A stretch of 64,000 nt of DNA from an uncultured Gemmatimonadaceae bacterium (GCA_963740355.1 CAVUDW010000002.1:448001-512000); one strand, 5' to 3'. Numbered from the stretch's first letter, positions 47,314 through 58,700 are shown. Notes: generated by a model not told the origin, from the sequence alone. Translations and numbers: made by a program.

Positions 47314-48102
47314 ATGGACTTCCGCATCAAGGGAAAGGTCGCGCTGGTGTGCGGTGCCAGCAAAGGCATTGCGTACGCGACAGCTGAAGAACTGGCGAAG
47401 GAAGGCTGTTCGCTTGCGATCTGCTCTCGCGATGCAGATGCCATCAACGCCGCCGCATCACACCTGCGGGCATTTGGCGTGCCGGTGCTGGCTATCGTGG
47501 CGGATCTGTCGACGATCGAGGGGATCGAGTCGGTGGTGCGTGAGACGCACTCGGAATACGGCCACGTCGACATCCTGATCGCCAACACCGGGGGCCCGCC
47601 GACCGGGCCGGCGATGGAGCATGACTGGGCAGCGTGGACGAAGGCGAGCGAGTTGTTGTTGCGCAGCGCGGTGGAGTTGACGCGCGCGTTCGTACCAGGC
47701 ATGCGCGAGCGAAAGTGGGGGCGCGTGATCAGCATTACGTCAAAGGCAGTGAAGGAGCCGGTGCCGTCACTGGTGTTGAGCAACAGCCTGCGCGCCGCCG
47801 TGACCGGATACTTGCGCACCCTGTCGAACGAAGTGGCCGCGGACGGCGTAACGGTCAATACAGTGCTGCCGGGATTCACTGCGACTGAACGACTCGAGAA
47901 ACTCGCCGAGGCGAACATGCAGCGCACCGGCGCATCGAAGGACTCGGTGTACGCCGGCTGGGTTGCGCAAACGCCGGCCGGCCGACTGGGTCAGGCCGAT
48001 GAACTGGCCGCGACGATTGCGTTCCTCGCCTCGGATCGCGCCGGCTTCATCACCGGCCAGGCGATTCTCGTTGACGGTGGCGCCGTCAACACCTTGTTGT
48101 AG
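47314..48102 (+). CDS. SDR family oxidoreductase (atypical SxxxR subgroup)
   Basis: CGASKGIA, NTGGP, SNSLR, VLPGFTAT, GQAILVDGG. Confidence 0.88.
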   Translation: MDFRIKGKVALVCGASKGIAYATAEELAKEGCSLAICSRDADAINAAASHLRAFGVPVLAIVADLSTIEGIESVVRETHSEYGHVDILIANTGGPPTGPAMEHDWAAWTKASELLLRSAVELTRAFVPGMRERKWGRVISITSKAVKEPVPSLVLSNSLRAAVTGYLRTLSNEVAADGVTVNTVLPGFTATERLEKLAEANMQRTGASKDSVYAGWVAQTPAGRLGQADELAATIAFLASDRAGFITGQAILVDGGAVNTLL

Positions 48103-48134
48103 TTCGATCTTCTTCTTTTGACGACGACACCATC

Positions 48135-49061
48135 ATGAGTCAGATTGCGGCGACCGAGTGGATATGGCGCGACGGGGCATTCATTCCCTGGGCAGACGCA
48201 CACGTGCACGTACTCAGCCACTCGATGCAGTTCGGGTCCTCGGCTTTCGAGGGTATCCGCTGCTATCACACACCAGACGGACCTGCAATTTTCCGGCTGC
48301 GCGAACACCTCACGCGGCTGCTCAATTCGGTGAAGATCTATCGCATGGAGCTGGACTACTCCATCGATGACCTGATGGCCGCCTGCTGCGAACTGGTGGT
48401 CCGGAACAAGATGGACGCCTGTTATCTGCGGCCGATGGTCGTGCGCGGTTACGGCGCGTCAGGCATGGTGCCGTTCGGCAGCCCGATCGAGGTCTACCTG
48501 CCATGCTGGCCGTGGGGGGCATACCTCGGCGACGAAGCGCTCGAGCATGGCGTGGATGCATGTGTCTCGAGTTGGCACCGCTTCGCACCGAACACGATTC
48601 CCTCGCTGGCCAAGGTCGCGGGGAATTATCTCGGCGGACAGCTGATCAAGATGGAGGCCCTCGCGAACGGTTTTGCGGAAGGCATCGCGCTCAGCCCAGC
48701 CGGCACCGTGAGTGAAGGGTCTGGCCAGAACGTGTTCCTCGTGATGGACGGGGCACTCGTCACGACGCCGCTGGATGGGTCGCTGCTCGGTGGCATCACG
48801 CGTGACAGCATCATCAAGCTGGCACAGCGTGAGGGACTGTCGGTGCGGGAACAGATCATTCCGCGCGAGATGCTGTACACCGCAGATGAAGTGTTCTTCA
48901 CCGGGACGGCAGCCGAGTTGACGCCTGTCCGCAGCGTCGATCGCATCAAGGTCGGTGCGGGCAAGGTCGGTCCGGTGACGAAGCAGATGCAGACGGCCTT
49001 CCTCGACATCGCGCATGGCCGCGCGCCCGACACCTTCGGCTGGCTGACGAAGGTGCGGTAG
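48135..49061 (+). CDS. ilvE: Branched-chain amino acid aminotransferase
   Basis: FEGIRCY, YLRP, AKVAGNY (PLP Lys), EGSGQN, GITR, TGTAAE. Confidence 0.94.
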   Translation: MSQIAATEWIWRDGAFIPWADAHVHVLSHSMQFGSSAFEGIRCYHTPDGPAIFRLREHLTRLLNSVKIYRMELDYSIDDLMAACCELVVRNKMDACYLRPMVVRGYGASGMVPFGSPIEVYLPCWPWGAYLGDEALEHGVDACVSSWHRFAPNTIPSLAKVAGNYLGGQLIKMEALANGFAEGIALSPAGTVSEGSGQNVFLVMDGALVTTPLDGSLLGGITRDSIIKLAQREGLSVREQIIPREMLYTADEVFFTGTAAELTPVRSVDRIKVGAGKVGPVTKQMQTAFLDIAHGRAPDTFGWLTKVR

Positions 49062-49063
49062 GA

Positions 49064-50842
49064 CTACACCGATGGTGGCGCGGCGAGTCTTGCCAGAGCA
49101 CCGGCGAGAAATTCGCTGCGCCACTGCTCGAGCCGCACGGCCGGAACGCGGCTGCTGGCCGCGGTTGCGGCCAGTGTCTCGCCTTGCAACAGCCGCATGA
49201 CAAGCGCCGCCTTCGCGTCGGCGCTGAAGAGCGCCAGTTCAGTCTCGCTCAGCTCGGGGCTCGCTGTCGCAGGCCTGGCGCGATCCACGCCGACGGCTCG
49301 CGCCGCGGGCACTGCACGTCGGGCCTCGATCGCACGCACGATCAAGCCAGTGAGCGCCTCGACATGCTGCAGTGCGTCAGCATCCGGCGCCGGGTCGCGA
49401 GCAGCCCGATCACCGTACAGGCATCCCACGATCTGATCGTCGACGATGATCGGGAAGATGCCGAATTGGCCGATTCCCAGCTTGGCCGCGAACCGCTGCT
49501 CGAGCGCGTTCATGCCTGTCTCGACACCGACGCAGTAGGTGCGGCGCTCGAGCAGCGCATTCGGGAGCGGGCCACCCTTCGGCGTCATCGGGAAGTCGAA
49601 CTGTGCCAGCGCCGACTCGACGCCGATGCCGAGCCCCGACCGCGCCCGCAGCCGCGAGCGATCGGGACTCAACACGCACGCCACGACACGATCGAATGGG
49701 GCTCCACGCAAGGCGCCTTCGAGGGCGATCAGCAGGACCTGCCCGAGGTCGCACTCCGATGCCGGATCGACCTTGGATTCGAGCTCGAGACGGAGCTTTT
49801 CGCGCAGCGATCGTGCTGCACTCACGTCATCGTCCGGCTCGATCGCGGCCCAGTCGTTGCCCAGTTCAGTCACGCCGAGAGCCGTGCAGGCGGCGTCGGA
49901 CAGCTGTCGCATGCGCAACGCATCGAGCTTCACGCCGGCGGTCACGAACAACTCGTGCGTCTCGTCGAGCGCCAGCGCGATGATGTCGCGCACCTGGCTG
50001 CGATTCAGCCGAAATTTCGGCGCGTAGCGCGCGACCACTGCGTCGAGATCCTTTTGCGCGTCGCCCGATTCCGCATCCCGACGGTAGATGACGTTGGTGA
50101 GATCGTGCGCGAACGATGTCACGGCGCTCGCAGTTGAGACGAGGCGCTTGGGCCGCGCCCGGATGGCCTGCGTGACACTGTCCGGCATTCCCCAATAGCG
50201 GCACATCGCCTCGCCCAGGTCCTCGTACCGGAAGCCGAGCACGGCCAGCGTCGCACTGGCTTCGTGCTGGTGGCGGTCTCGCACGAGTGTGTGGATCTGG
50301 GCGTAGTCGACGGGAAAGTGCGCTGCGATCAGCACTTCACCGAGATTGCGGCACATGCCGCAGAGGTGTGCCTCTTCCGGGTCACCGAGGCCGAGTCGCA
50401 CCGCGACTTCGCGCGCGTGGTTGGCGGTGAGCAGCGAGAGCAGCATCAGCTCCTTCAGCCCCGCGGAATGCTTGCGGTAGTTCTCGAACAACAGCAGGCT
50501 GCTGGCGAGTTGGCGAACGGTGCGCGCACCAAGCAGCACCATGGCGCGCGTCACACTCTGGATCTGCTTGTCGGCGCGACGGTAGTGGGCGCTGTTTGCA
50601 ATCCGGACCACGCTCAGCGTCAGGCTGTATTCCCGCAGCACGACATTGGTGAGCCGCTGCATCGAGCTCGCATCGTCCTCGAGCGCAGCGATCGTGTCTG
50701 CGATCTGCTGCGAGAGTGCCGGGAAGTCGCGGCCATCGAGAATCCTTGCCAGTCGCGCCTTGACGGGCGACTCGGCCGGGTCGGTGGCATCGATGTGGCC
50801 GACAGGTGGTTCCGGTCGGTCGGGCAGGGCGCGACTGTGCAT
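49064..50842 (-). CDS. HDOD-GAF signalling protein with C-terminal HTH
   Basis: FPALS, VVRIANSAHY, RAMVLLG, GMCRNLGE, YWGMP; GAF-like region (VGCLYGD); short helical C-terminal domain. Confidence 0.8.
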   Translation of the reverse strand: MHSRALPDRPEPPVGHIDATDPAESPVKARLARILDGRDFPALSQQIADTIAALEDDASSMQRLTNVVLREYSLTLSVVRIANSAHYRRADKQIQSVTRAMVLLGARTVRQLASSLLLFENYRKHSAGLKELMLLSLLTANHAREVAVRLGLGDPEEAHLCGMCRNLGEVLIAAHFPVDYAQIHTLVRDRHQHEASATLAVLGFRYEDLGEAMCRYWGMPDSVTQAIRARPKRLVSTASAVTSFAHDLTNVIYRRDAESGDAQKDLDAVVARYAPKFRLNRSQVRDIIALALDETHELFVTAGVKLDALRMRQLSDAACTALGVTELGNDWAAIEPDDDVSAARSLREKLRLELESKVDPASECDLGQVLLIALEGALRGAPFDRVVACVLSPDRSRLRARSGLGIGVESALAQFDFPMTPKGGPLPNALLERRTYCVGVETGMNALEQRFAAKLGIGQFGIFPIIVDDQIVGCLYGDRAARDPAPDADALQHVEALTGLIVRAIEARRAVPAARAVGVDRARPATASPELSETELALFSADAKAALVMRLLQGETLAATAASSRVPAVRLEQWRSEFLAGALARLAAPPSV

Positions 50843-50925
50843 CGGTTTCCGGAGGGGAGGTGCTTCAGGGTATCGACCTGATCCGCCTGTTTCTTTCCCC
50901 TGTCAGTCGGTATTGTCGTTCCCTC

Positions 50926-51495
50926 ATGACCCGTTTCGCGACCGCACGACTCGATCTCGACTCTGTCGATTTGCGCCTGCTCGACGCGGCAATCGCTGGG
51001 CGCGAGGCCTTGGCGACGCACCTTGCCGCCTCGGTGCCCGCCACCTGGCCCCCAGAGACGCTCGACGCCGACGCCTACGCGTGGTTTCGCGAACGGCTGG
51101 TGGCCGATCCATCGCAGGAGTCGTGGTGGATGTACTTCGTGCTTCGCCGCGAGGCCAATGGGTCGCGTTCGCTGGTCGGGAGCGTGGGCTTCAAGGGACC
51201 GCCCGACGCTGACGGCATGGTGGAAATCGGGTACGGCATGGTCAGCGACGAATACCTGAAGGGCTACGCGTCAGAGGCAGCAGGCGCACTCGTCGCGTGG
51301 GCGTTTCGCGACCCTACGGTGCATCGCGTGATTGCCGAGACGCTCCCCGAGTTGATCGGATCGATGGGGGTGATGCGCCGATGTGGCATGCGGCCGCTGG
51401 ATGAAGCGCCGAACGAACCCGGCGGTGTGCGTTACGGGATCTCGCGCGCGGAATTCGAGCAATCCACCGGCGAGGGCGTAGCCTCGCCGGCATAG
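50926..51495 (+). CDS. GNAT N-acetyltransferase (RimJ/RimL family)
   Basis: VGSVGFKGPP, VEIGYG, KGYASEA. Confidence 0.85.
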   Translation: MTRFATARLDLDSVDLRLLDAAIAGREALATHLAASVPATWPPETLDADAYAWFRERLVADPSQESWWMYFVLRREANGSRSLVGSVGFKGPPDADGMVEIGYGMVSDEYLKGYASEAAGALVAWAFRDPTVHRVIAETLPELIGSMGVMRRCGMRPLDEAPNEPGGVRYGISRAEFEQSTGEGVASPA

Positions 51496-51505
51496 ATTGC
51501 AGGGC

Positions 51506-51985
51506 ATGTCTGCAACGTCGCCACTCGTGATCCCCGATCCACTGACCCTCCTGCCGCACCGGTTTCCGCTGCTGCTGGTGGATCGCATCACGAGCGTCGA
51601 ACCGGGCAAGCGCGCGACGGGCATCAAGACGGTCACCGGCAACGAATGGAGCACCATCGGGTCCAGTTACGACGCAGGCGCGCAATCGATGCCGCACCTG
51701 CTCATCGTCGAGGCGCTGGCGCAACTCTCCGCGGCGGTGCTGGTCACGTTGCTCGAAGGCAGTGAAGGAGCCATCGGCTACTTCCTTGGCTTCAGCAACG
51801 TGCGGTTCCGTGGTCGCGCCGCGCCGGGAGAGGTGCTGGCGCTGAGCATCGAGCTGAAGCAGTTCAAGCGCGGCGTCTGCAAGACGCGAGGCGTGGCGCG
51901 CGTGGGTGACTGCGACATCGTGCGCGCCGACCTGACGACCATCATCCGAGTGGCGGACGCGAAGGAGCGGGCAGCGCTGGCGTGA
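51506..51985 (+). CDS. FabZ-like hot-dog-fold dehydratase (non-canonical active site)
   Basis: LPHRFPLLLVDRI, KTVTGNE, MPxLLIVEALAQ, VRFR..PG; GHFP motif missing. Confidence 0.75.
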   Translation: MSATSPLVIPDPLTLLPHRFPLLLVDRITSVEPGKRATGIKTVTGNEWSTIGSSYDAGAQSMPHLLIVEALAQLSAAVLVTLLEGSEGAIGYFLGFSNVRFRGRAAPGEVLALSIELKQFKRGVCKTRGVARVGDCDIVRADLTTIIRVADAKERAALA

Positions 51986-52005
51986 GTGTCAGCGCTGCCC
52001 AGCGC

Positions 52006-54282
52006 TCAGAACGACATCATCTGCGTGAACTTCACGATGATGCCGCGCCCCGCCACCGGTGCGTCGGGGGTCAGGATCCGCTGATCGTTGTAGACGATGA
52101 ACAGGTCGCTCAACGGGTGATGGATCAGGTTGAAGCGGACGTTGGCATTGAACTGCTTGCTGACCGCATCGTATTGCGACAGCGCGTCGACGAACATGTT
52201 GGTGGTGAACGAATAACTCGTGCGCAGCGTGCTGAGCGTGTTCACGAACCGCAGGTTCGGGTTGTTCAGCGTGGCGGCGGTGCGCTGCATGCCGATCTTC
52301 GCCTTGAAACGATAGCTGGGACGGAACTGGAGCGAGGCTGCGACGGTCTTCTGCGTGCCGTCGTACAGGCCGCCGTAGACGTACTTCGTGTCGACCGAGA
52401 AGAGTCGGCTCTGGTCACTGGTGAAGAGCAGCCAGTTTTCGTTCCAGTTGTAGCCACCGGCGGCAATCGGCGCGGCCATCTTCGCATTCGGCCGGAACGG
52501 TGACGTGAGTTTGTTGAAGATCGGGTTGGCCGACCACTCGAACACTCCACCGTTGTTGAAGAACACCGACATGCCGCTGTGCAGGCTCTTCGACAGCATG
52601 TAGCCGGAGAGGTCGTTGATGTAGGCCCAGCCGATGTGCGGATGCAGTTCACGCACGCCATGTGCACGAAGCCATGGTGAACGAGGGCGCAATCCTGTCT
52701 CGAGCAGGTACTTCCGGGCGCCGACGCGACGGTAGTAGCCCAGGTCATTCTGGAAGCCAGGTCCGAGTTCCATGAGGCCTGTCTTGCCGTGGAAGAACAC
52801 GCCCTCCCAGTTCACCGTCGAACGCCACGCATACTCACCGCTCGTCTTGCCCGGCGTGGATGTCTTCGCGACGTACGAATTCCAGTCGAGGTTTCCGAAC
52901 AGGCGCAGGTTCTTGTCCACGCCGACGATGCGATTGGTGTAGCTCGGCCCCGACGTATGCACATTCTGCATCGCGAAGAATCCGAGATCATTGCCGACGC
53001 GTCCGAGATTCTGCCGGAAGCGCACCACACTCGCGTTCGACGCCGGGTCGCCCGCCGAGGCGCGATCCTGCACACTCAGCACACCAAGGCGCGTCCGTTC
53101 GGTGAGCTTGCCCGTGAGCCGCACGCCGCCGAGGATCGGGATCGCACCACCGCCGGCGGTGAGCCCGATGCGGCGCGAGAAGAAGAGCAGGTTGTCTTCG
53201 TCAGGCGTTGGCACATTGCTGGAACTGCGTCGCGCTGCGTCACCGACGTAGAAGATGCCGGAATTCTCGAGGAAGAAGTCGCGCTTCTCGGGGAAGAACT
53301 GCGAAAACTGCGTCAGGTTCACCTGCTGCTCATCCGCCTCGACCTGGCCGAAGTCCGGATTGACGGTGAGGTCCATCGTGAGGCCGGGTGTGATGGCCGC
53401 CTTGAGGTCAGCGCCAACCGCGATCGAGTTGCCCATCGTCGGCGATGGTGCCGACGTGGTGCCGAGCGCGCGCACGGCGTTGTCGGAGATGTAGGGCTTG
53501 ATGCGCAGGTCGCGACCGGCCTGGCCAGTCTCCAGTCCGACCAACGTGCCGGCCAGCGACACACGATTGAGCGTGAAGGCACGCGGCACAGGCGCCCAGA
53601 ACGAGACTTCGTTGGCGCGCCGGATGTGTCGTGAAAAATTGATGCCCCACACGGCATCGGCGGCCCGGGAGAAACGGAGCGCGCGGAACGGAATGCGCAT
53701 TTCCACGCTCCAGCCATCGGCCTGCTTGTGCGTTCGGACGTCCCACACTGCATCCCAACTGCGATTGACTTCGCGGCCTTCGAGGGCCACCTGCCGGTCG
53801 TGTCGGGCGCCCTCCACATTGGTCGAGAACACATAGCCGTTGCGCCGATCACCGAAGGTGTCGAGCAACACCTCGAAGTCATCTTGCTCCTCCTCGGTGA
53901 AGTCCTTGCGGATGTCGTTCACCACGGCGAGCGAGAGATCGGCGTCGTGCAGGAAGGCGCCGATGTAGAGAAAGTCCTGGTCGTAGACGACGCGCACATC
54001 GGTCGCCTCACTGGCCGGCTGCCCGCTCAGTGGCTCGGCCTGCACGAAGCCCGACGCCACGGGTGCCTTCGACCAGGCATCGTCATCGAGGACACCGTCA
54101 AGTCGAATGGCACCGCTGGCGCGAACGGCGCGAAGCTCAGGGCGGGTACCCGGCGCACGGCGTGGCGCCAGCGGGGAAGCCACCGGCGCATCGGCGGGCG
54201 TAGCTTGGCGCGCCTGACCCGATGCCACGCCAGCGGCGCAGAGGGTCAGTGCGATGAACAGACGGCTTGTGGGCTGACGCAT
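52006..54282 (-). CDS. CBM9-like/DUF5916 outer-membrane protein
   Basis: IRLDGVLDD..W, WSVEMRIPF, NPDFGQVEAD, FPEKRDFFLE, FFSRRIG; C-terminal Phe. Confidence 0.85.
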   Translation of the reverse strand: MRQPTSRLFIALTLCAAGVASGQARQATPADAPVASPLAPRRAPGTRPELRAVRASGAIRLDGVLDDDAWSKAPVASGFVQAEPLSGQPASEATDVRVVYDQDFLYIGAFLHDADLSLAVVNDIRKDFTEEEQDDFEVLLDTFGDRRNGYVFSTNVEGARHDRQVALEGREVNRSWDAVWDVRTHKQADGWSVEMRIPFRALRFSRAADAVWGINFSRHIRRANEVSFWAPVPRAFTLNRVSLAGTLVGLETGQAGRDLRIKPYISDNAVRALGTTSAPSPTMGNSIAVGADLKAAITPGLTMDLTVNPDFGQVEADEQQVNLTQFSQFFPEKRDFFLENSGIFYVGDAARRSSSNVPTPDEDNLLFFSRRIGLTAGGGAIPILGGVRLTGKLTERTRLGVLSVQDRASAGDPASNASVVRFRQNLGRVGNDLGFFAMQNVHTSGPSYTNRIVGVDKNLRLFGNLDWNSYVAKTSTPGKTSGEYAWRSTVNWEGVFFHGKTGLMELGPGFQNDLGYYRRVGARKYLLETGLRPRSPWLRAHGVRELHPHIGWAYINDLSGYMLSKSLHSGMSVFFNNGGVFEWSANPIFNKLTSPFRPNAKMAAPIAAGGYNWNENWLLFTSDQSRLFSVDTKYVYGGLYDGTQKTVAASLQFRPSYRFKAKIGMQRTAATLNNPNLRFVNTLSTLRTSYSFTTNMFVDALSQYDAVSKQFNANVRFNLIHHPLSDLFIVYNDQRILTPDAPVAGRGIIVKFTQMMSF

Positions 54283-54341
54283 AGCGGCTCAACGGCGGGA
54301 GGACGCGAATAGTTGAGCCTTGGATATGTCAGGTCAATGCA

Positions 54342-55544
54342 TCACGTCGCTGGCAGAAGTCCCGCGGCGATTCGGTCCACCGACTCGAGCAGCATCAGGG
54401 CACCCCCGCGATCGATGCTGTCTGCCAGCTGAACACGGATCTGGGGCAGCATGTGCACGGCGTCGGCGTGCTGGCCTCGGGCGTACAATAGGGTGGCTTC
54501 GGCGAGTGGTCGCGCAAATGGAGCGCCGATCACGGTGCCAGAGGCCATCGCCAGCTGTTTCTCGGCAGCCTCGATCTCACCGCGGAGCGCGAGTTGTCGC
54601 GCCGCTTCGAGGTGCACGCCTGCGTGGAGTGAGCGGGGAAAGAGCACCACGTTGGCCAGCATCCGCTCGAGGAGCTCCTGCGCCCTCGAGTCCTGACCGA
54701 GGTCCAGCGCTTGCAACTGCGCGAGCTGCCACGCGGTGAACTGAAAAGGCGAGTTGTCGTCCACCTGCAAGGCATCGGCGATCAAGGCACTGTTCCAGTC
54801 TCTCGGTCGGACGCCGGCGAGGCTTTGGCCGATGATCGTCTGGAGCGCGGTGTCGCGCATGGCAGCCGCGCCATTACTCCGCAGACGGAGCAAGCGTGCA
54901 CCGTCACTCAGGTATCCGGACGTTCGCAGCGGAAGGAGCGTGGCGACCATGATCGCGAGTGACGCGCCGCCCGCCGTGAGCGAGGCGAACGTCGCCGCCA
55001 CCCGCAGAAATGGCGTGGTGGGACCAAGCCCCGCTGGGTCAAGCGACCAACACAGCGCGAGGAAGGCAACGCCGGCGAGGAGGCTGGCCAACGGACCGGC
55101 GGCAATCATCACGGCGCTGCGAGCCCGAAGATTGCGCGCATCCGTGGGTGCCGAGCCGGCGAGGCCTCCCCACAGCGCGGCCGACCGATTGAGGTGAAGT
55201 CGCCACCCGCCATCGCCGCGCTCGAGGCGCATTGGCCCGACAACAAGCAGAAATGCACGAAAGCCGACGAGGCGTCCGCCGAGCAGGTGTCCGAGTTCGT
55301 GAGCGAGCAGAATGACGTGCAGCGCAAGAACACAGATGATGGCGAGGAATGCTTGTTCCCACCCGTCGAGCATGAGGTGCCCGCCGCGGCCCGCACCCTG
55401 GCGCTTGATCCAGTGGCCAAGTTGCGCGCCGAACACCGCGCCACCGCCGGCCAAGCCAACGATGCCGAGTAACGCTCCGATGCGCGGCGCGCGGCGCGAC
55501 CGCTCCGCTGGCGTGCCGGCCAACATGCGAGGGCTGTCAGTCAT
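54342..55544 (-). CDS. M50-family (site-2 protease-like) membrane metallopeptidase with helical C-terminal domain
   Basis: HELGH within TM region, AGPLAS, LLP....SDG. Confidence 0.75.
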   Translation of the reverse strand: MTDSPRMLAGTPAERSRRAPRIGALLGIVGLAGGGAVFGAQLGHWIKRQGAGRGGHLMLDGWEQAFLAIICVLALHVILLAHELGHLLGGRLVGFRAFLLVVGPMRLERGDGGWRLHLNRSAALWGGLAGSAPTDARNLRARSAVMIAAGPLASLLAGVAFLALCWSLDPAGLGPTTPFLRVAATFASLTAGGASLAIMVATLLPLRTSGYLSDGARLLRLRSNGAAAMRDTALQTIIGQSLAGVRPRDWNSALIADALQVDDNSPFQFTAWQLAQLQALDLGQDSRAQELLERMLANVVLFPRSLHAGVHLEAARQLALRGEIEAAEKQLAMASGTVIGAPFARPLAEATLLYARGQHADAVHMLPQIRVQLADSIDRGGALMLLESVDRIAAGLLPAT

Positions 55545-55669
55545 GGATGGGAAGTCGCGAGTGACGAGGTGCCGTAGCGAGCCGCCGGAAGATGTACGGC
55601 CACACGATAACCTCGGTTTCCAGCTCGCTTGCCCGGCTGTCACGAAGGCATGACGCACGTCATGAATAC

Positions 55670-55708
55670 ACAACGCCCCCCGACGCCTTGCGCGTCGAGG
55701 GGCGTTGT
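55670..55708 (-). terminator. Hairpin terminator downstream of the VPS10 gene
   Basis: ACAACGCCCCCCGACGC-CTTGC-GCGTCGAGGGGCGTTGT. Confidence 0.65.
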
Positions 55709-55725
55709 ATGCTCCGCGAAGGGCG

Positions 55726-58700
55726 CTACTGCACCACTCGCGGTGCGGTTGGCGCAATCACATGCTGCGTACCCTTGAGCATGTCATTGATCTTGCCGAC
55801 GCGGTCGCGCACGATCGTGTCGAGACGCTTTTGGGCATCGTCCGTCTCGACCACCAATTCGCCGGAGCGCACTTTCTCGCCCTCGGTGATCGGCCACTGC
55901 GGGCGCGAGATCATGCCGCTGATCGTCTGCACTTCCTCGCGCAGACGCGGATATTGACGATACCCAAGGCCCGGCAGCGGCCGTGCCAGGACGGAGTCGC
56001 GGAAGTGACGCAGGTCCTTGATCGTCCCGTCGATCTCGGTCAGGGTCGGCGCCATGTTCGCGTCGCGGGTCGCGCGAAGCGTGGTCTGGACGCCGGTCAG
56101 CTGGCGAAGGAGATCATCCACGCCCGACACCACGCGTGTGACGCGAACCTGCGTGGCCTCGATCGACTTGGCCGCGTCGAACTGCGCCGCGACCTGCGTC
56201 GGCGTCATCTCCACGCGCGGGTCGTTCTGCACCGTGACCGCCTTCGTGTATCGCTTGCCATTGGCGATCAGGGTGACCTGATAGGTGCCCGGCATAACGG
56301 CGACGGCTGCGGGGCCGAAGAAGTTCTCTTCCTCGCCCGCGTCATTGCCCGCCGCGGCGGCTGCACGACGGCGTTCGCGCACACCCTGCAGCGACGTGTC
56401 GGTTGGTGCCGCGCCGGGGGCACCACCCCGATTGGCGCCGCGACCTGGTGCGGCACCGGCGGCGGCCTCGTAGCGTAGGTCCCACGTCACGCGGCTGACA
56501 CCGGCTTCGTCAGGCACGCGTCGGAAACGGCGCACCAGCTTGCCCGCTGCATCGGCGATCTCGATGTTGACCTCATCGGTCGGCTGCGCCTTCAGGTAGT
56601 ACGAGATGATCGCGCCGTTGGGCGGGTTTTCCCCCTTGTAGCTGCGCTGGCCGAGATTGCCGTCGCGGCTCCAGTTGTTCCAGCGAATCGCCGTGCGCAC
56701 ATCGAACAGCTCGGCTTCGTTCGCCATCACCTCGGCCAGCTTCTGCACCGGCGTGAGGTCGTCCATGATGTACAGGCCGCGACCATGTGTGGCGAGCAGC
56801 AGGTCGTTGTCACGCGGATGAATCTGCATGTCACGCACCGGCACGACCGGAAGGTCGCCACGCATCGAGATCCAGTTCGTGCCGCGGTTCCACGACATCC
56901 ACACCCCAGCTTCCGTGCCGACATAGAGCAGGTTGCGATTGCGCGGATCTTCACGCACGACGTGTGTCCACCAGGCGCGGTCCGGCAGGTCGCCGCGGAT
57001 GCTTTTCCACGTCTTGCCGAAGTCGGTCGTCATGTAGACGTACGGCGTGTAATCGTCGTCCTGGTGATGGTCGGCCGTGACATACGCGGTGCCGGCATCG
57101 AAGTGTGAGGCTTCGATCGTGGCCAGCCACGCGTTCGGCTTCAGGCCCGGGACATTGTCGAACGTCTTCGTCCATGTCTTGCCGCCGTCACGGGTGACGT
57201 GCACCAGCCCGTCGTCAGACGACGTCCAGATCACGTTTGCATCCACCGTGGACGGCGCAATCGTGAGCAGCGTCGAGTGGAATTCGGCGGCCGTGTTGTC
57301 GACCACGATCTCACCACCCGATGACTGCTGCTTCTTCGGGTCGTTGGTGGTCAGGTCCGGCGAGATCACTTCCCAGCTCAGGCCGTAGTCCTTCGACTTG
57401 AAGACCACGTTGCCGCCGAAGTAGACGATCGCCGGGTTCTGTGGCGAGAGTGCAATCGGCGAGTTCCAGTTGAAGCGGTACTTGTGGCCGATCATCGCGT
57501 CACCCACCGAGCCGACGCGGTTCGGGTAGGGATAGATCGTCTTCTGCACACCGCTGCGCGTGTCGGTGATGTTCAGCATGCCGCCCTGCGCATCGCTGTA
57601 GATCAACCACGGCTTGTCTATCACGGGAACGGTGAAGAAGCCGTCGCCGCCGGAGACGGTGTACCAGTCGGCCTGGCGGATGCCCTGGCCGGACAACGAA
57701 TTGCTGGCACCGCACCAGTTGCCGTTGTCCTGCAATCCACCGCAGACGCGGTACGGCACCTGCATGTCGTAGTTGATGTGATAGAACTGGGTGAAGGCAA
57801 AGGTGTTCACCACATCCCAGTTCTTGCCGCCATCGCGGCTCACCTGCCAGCCACCATCGCTGCCGCTCAGGATGTAGCGCGGGTCGACGGGGTCGATCCA
57901 CATCGCCTGATGGTCACCATGTACATCGCGTGCGATGGTGCGGAAGTTGGCGCCACCGTCTTCGCTGAAGTAGAGACCACCCGAGAGGGTGAAGACGCGA
58001 TTCGGGTTCTTCGGATCGACGCGGATGTCGGCGTAGTAGAACGGCCGGAAGTTGATGTTCGGGTCACGATTCACCGTGCGCCAGGTGCGACCGGCGTCAT
58101 CGCTGCGCCACAGTTCCCCTTCGTCCTTCGTCTCGCTGAGCACGTACACGATGTTCGGATCACTCGGCGCCACCGCGACACCGATGCGGTCCATCGCCTT
58201 CCGTGGCAGGCCGAGCAGGCGATCGGGGCCGGAGAGGCGCTCCCAGGTCGTGCCGCCGTTCACCGACTTCCAGACGGCGGTGTTGCCCGAACCCGACTCG
58301 AGATGCCAGGCCCAGCGCCGGTAGGTGTACATGCCGGCATAGAGGATGTTGCTGTTGTTCGGATCGGCGGTGATGTCGGAGCAGGACGTCTGCTGGTCGA
58401 CGTAGAGCACCTTCTTCCAGGTTGCGCCGCCATCCGCGGTGCGGAAGACGCCGCGTTCCTCACTCGGGCCCCATTCACGACCAAGAACGCAGGCGTAGAC
58501 GATGTCGGGATTCTGCGCGTCGATGATCAAGCGCGCGATCTTGTCCGACTTCTCGAGGCCGATGTGTGTCCAGTGAGCGCCGCCATCCACCGACTTGTAC
58601 ATGCCGTCGCCCACCGACGCATTGTTGCGCGGATTGCCCTCGCCGGTACCGACGTAGACGATGTTCGGATTGCTCGGTGCAACCGCGATGGCGCCGATCG

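Noticed and set aside
47314..48102. SDR lacking YxxxK
   Set aside because: SxxxR is a recognised atypical SDR subgroup
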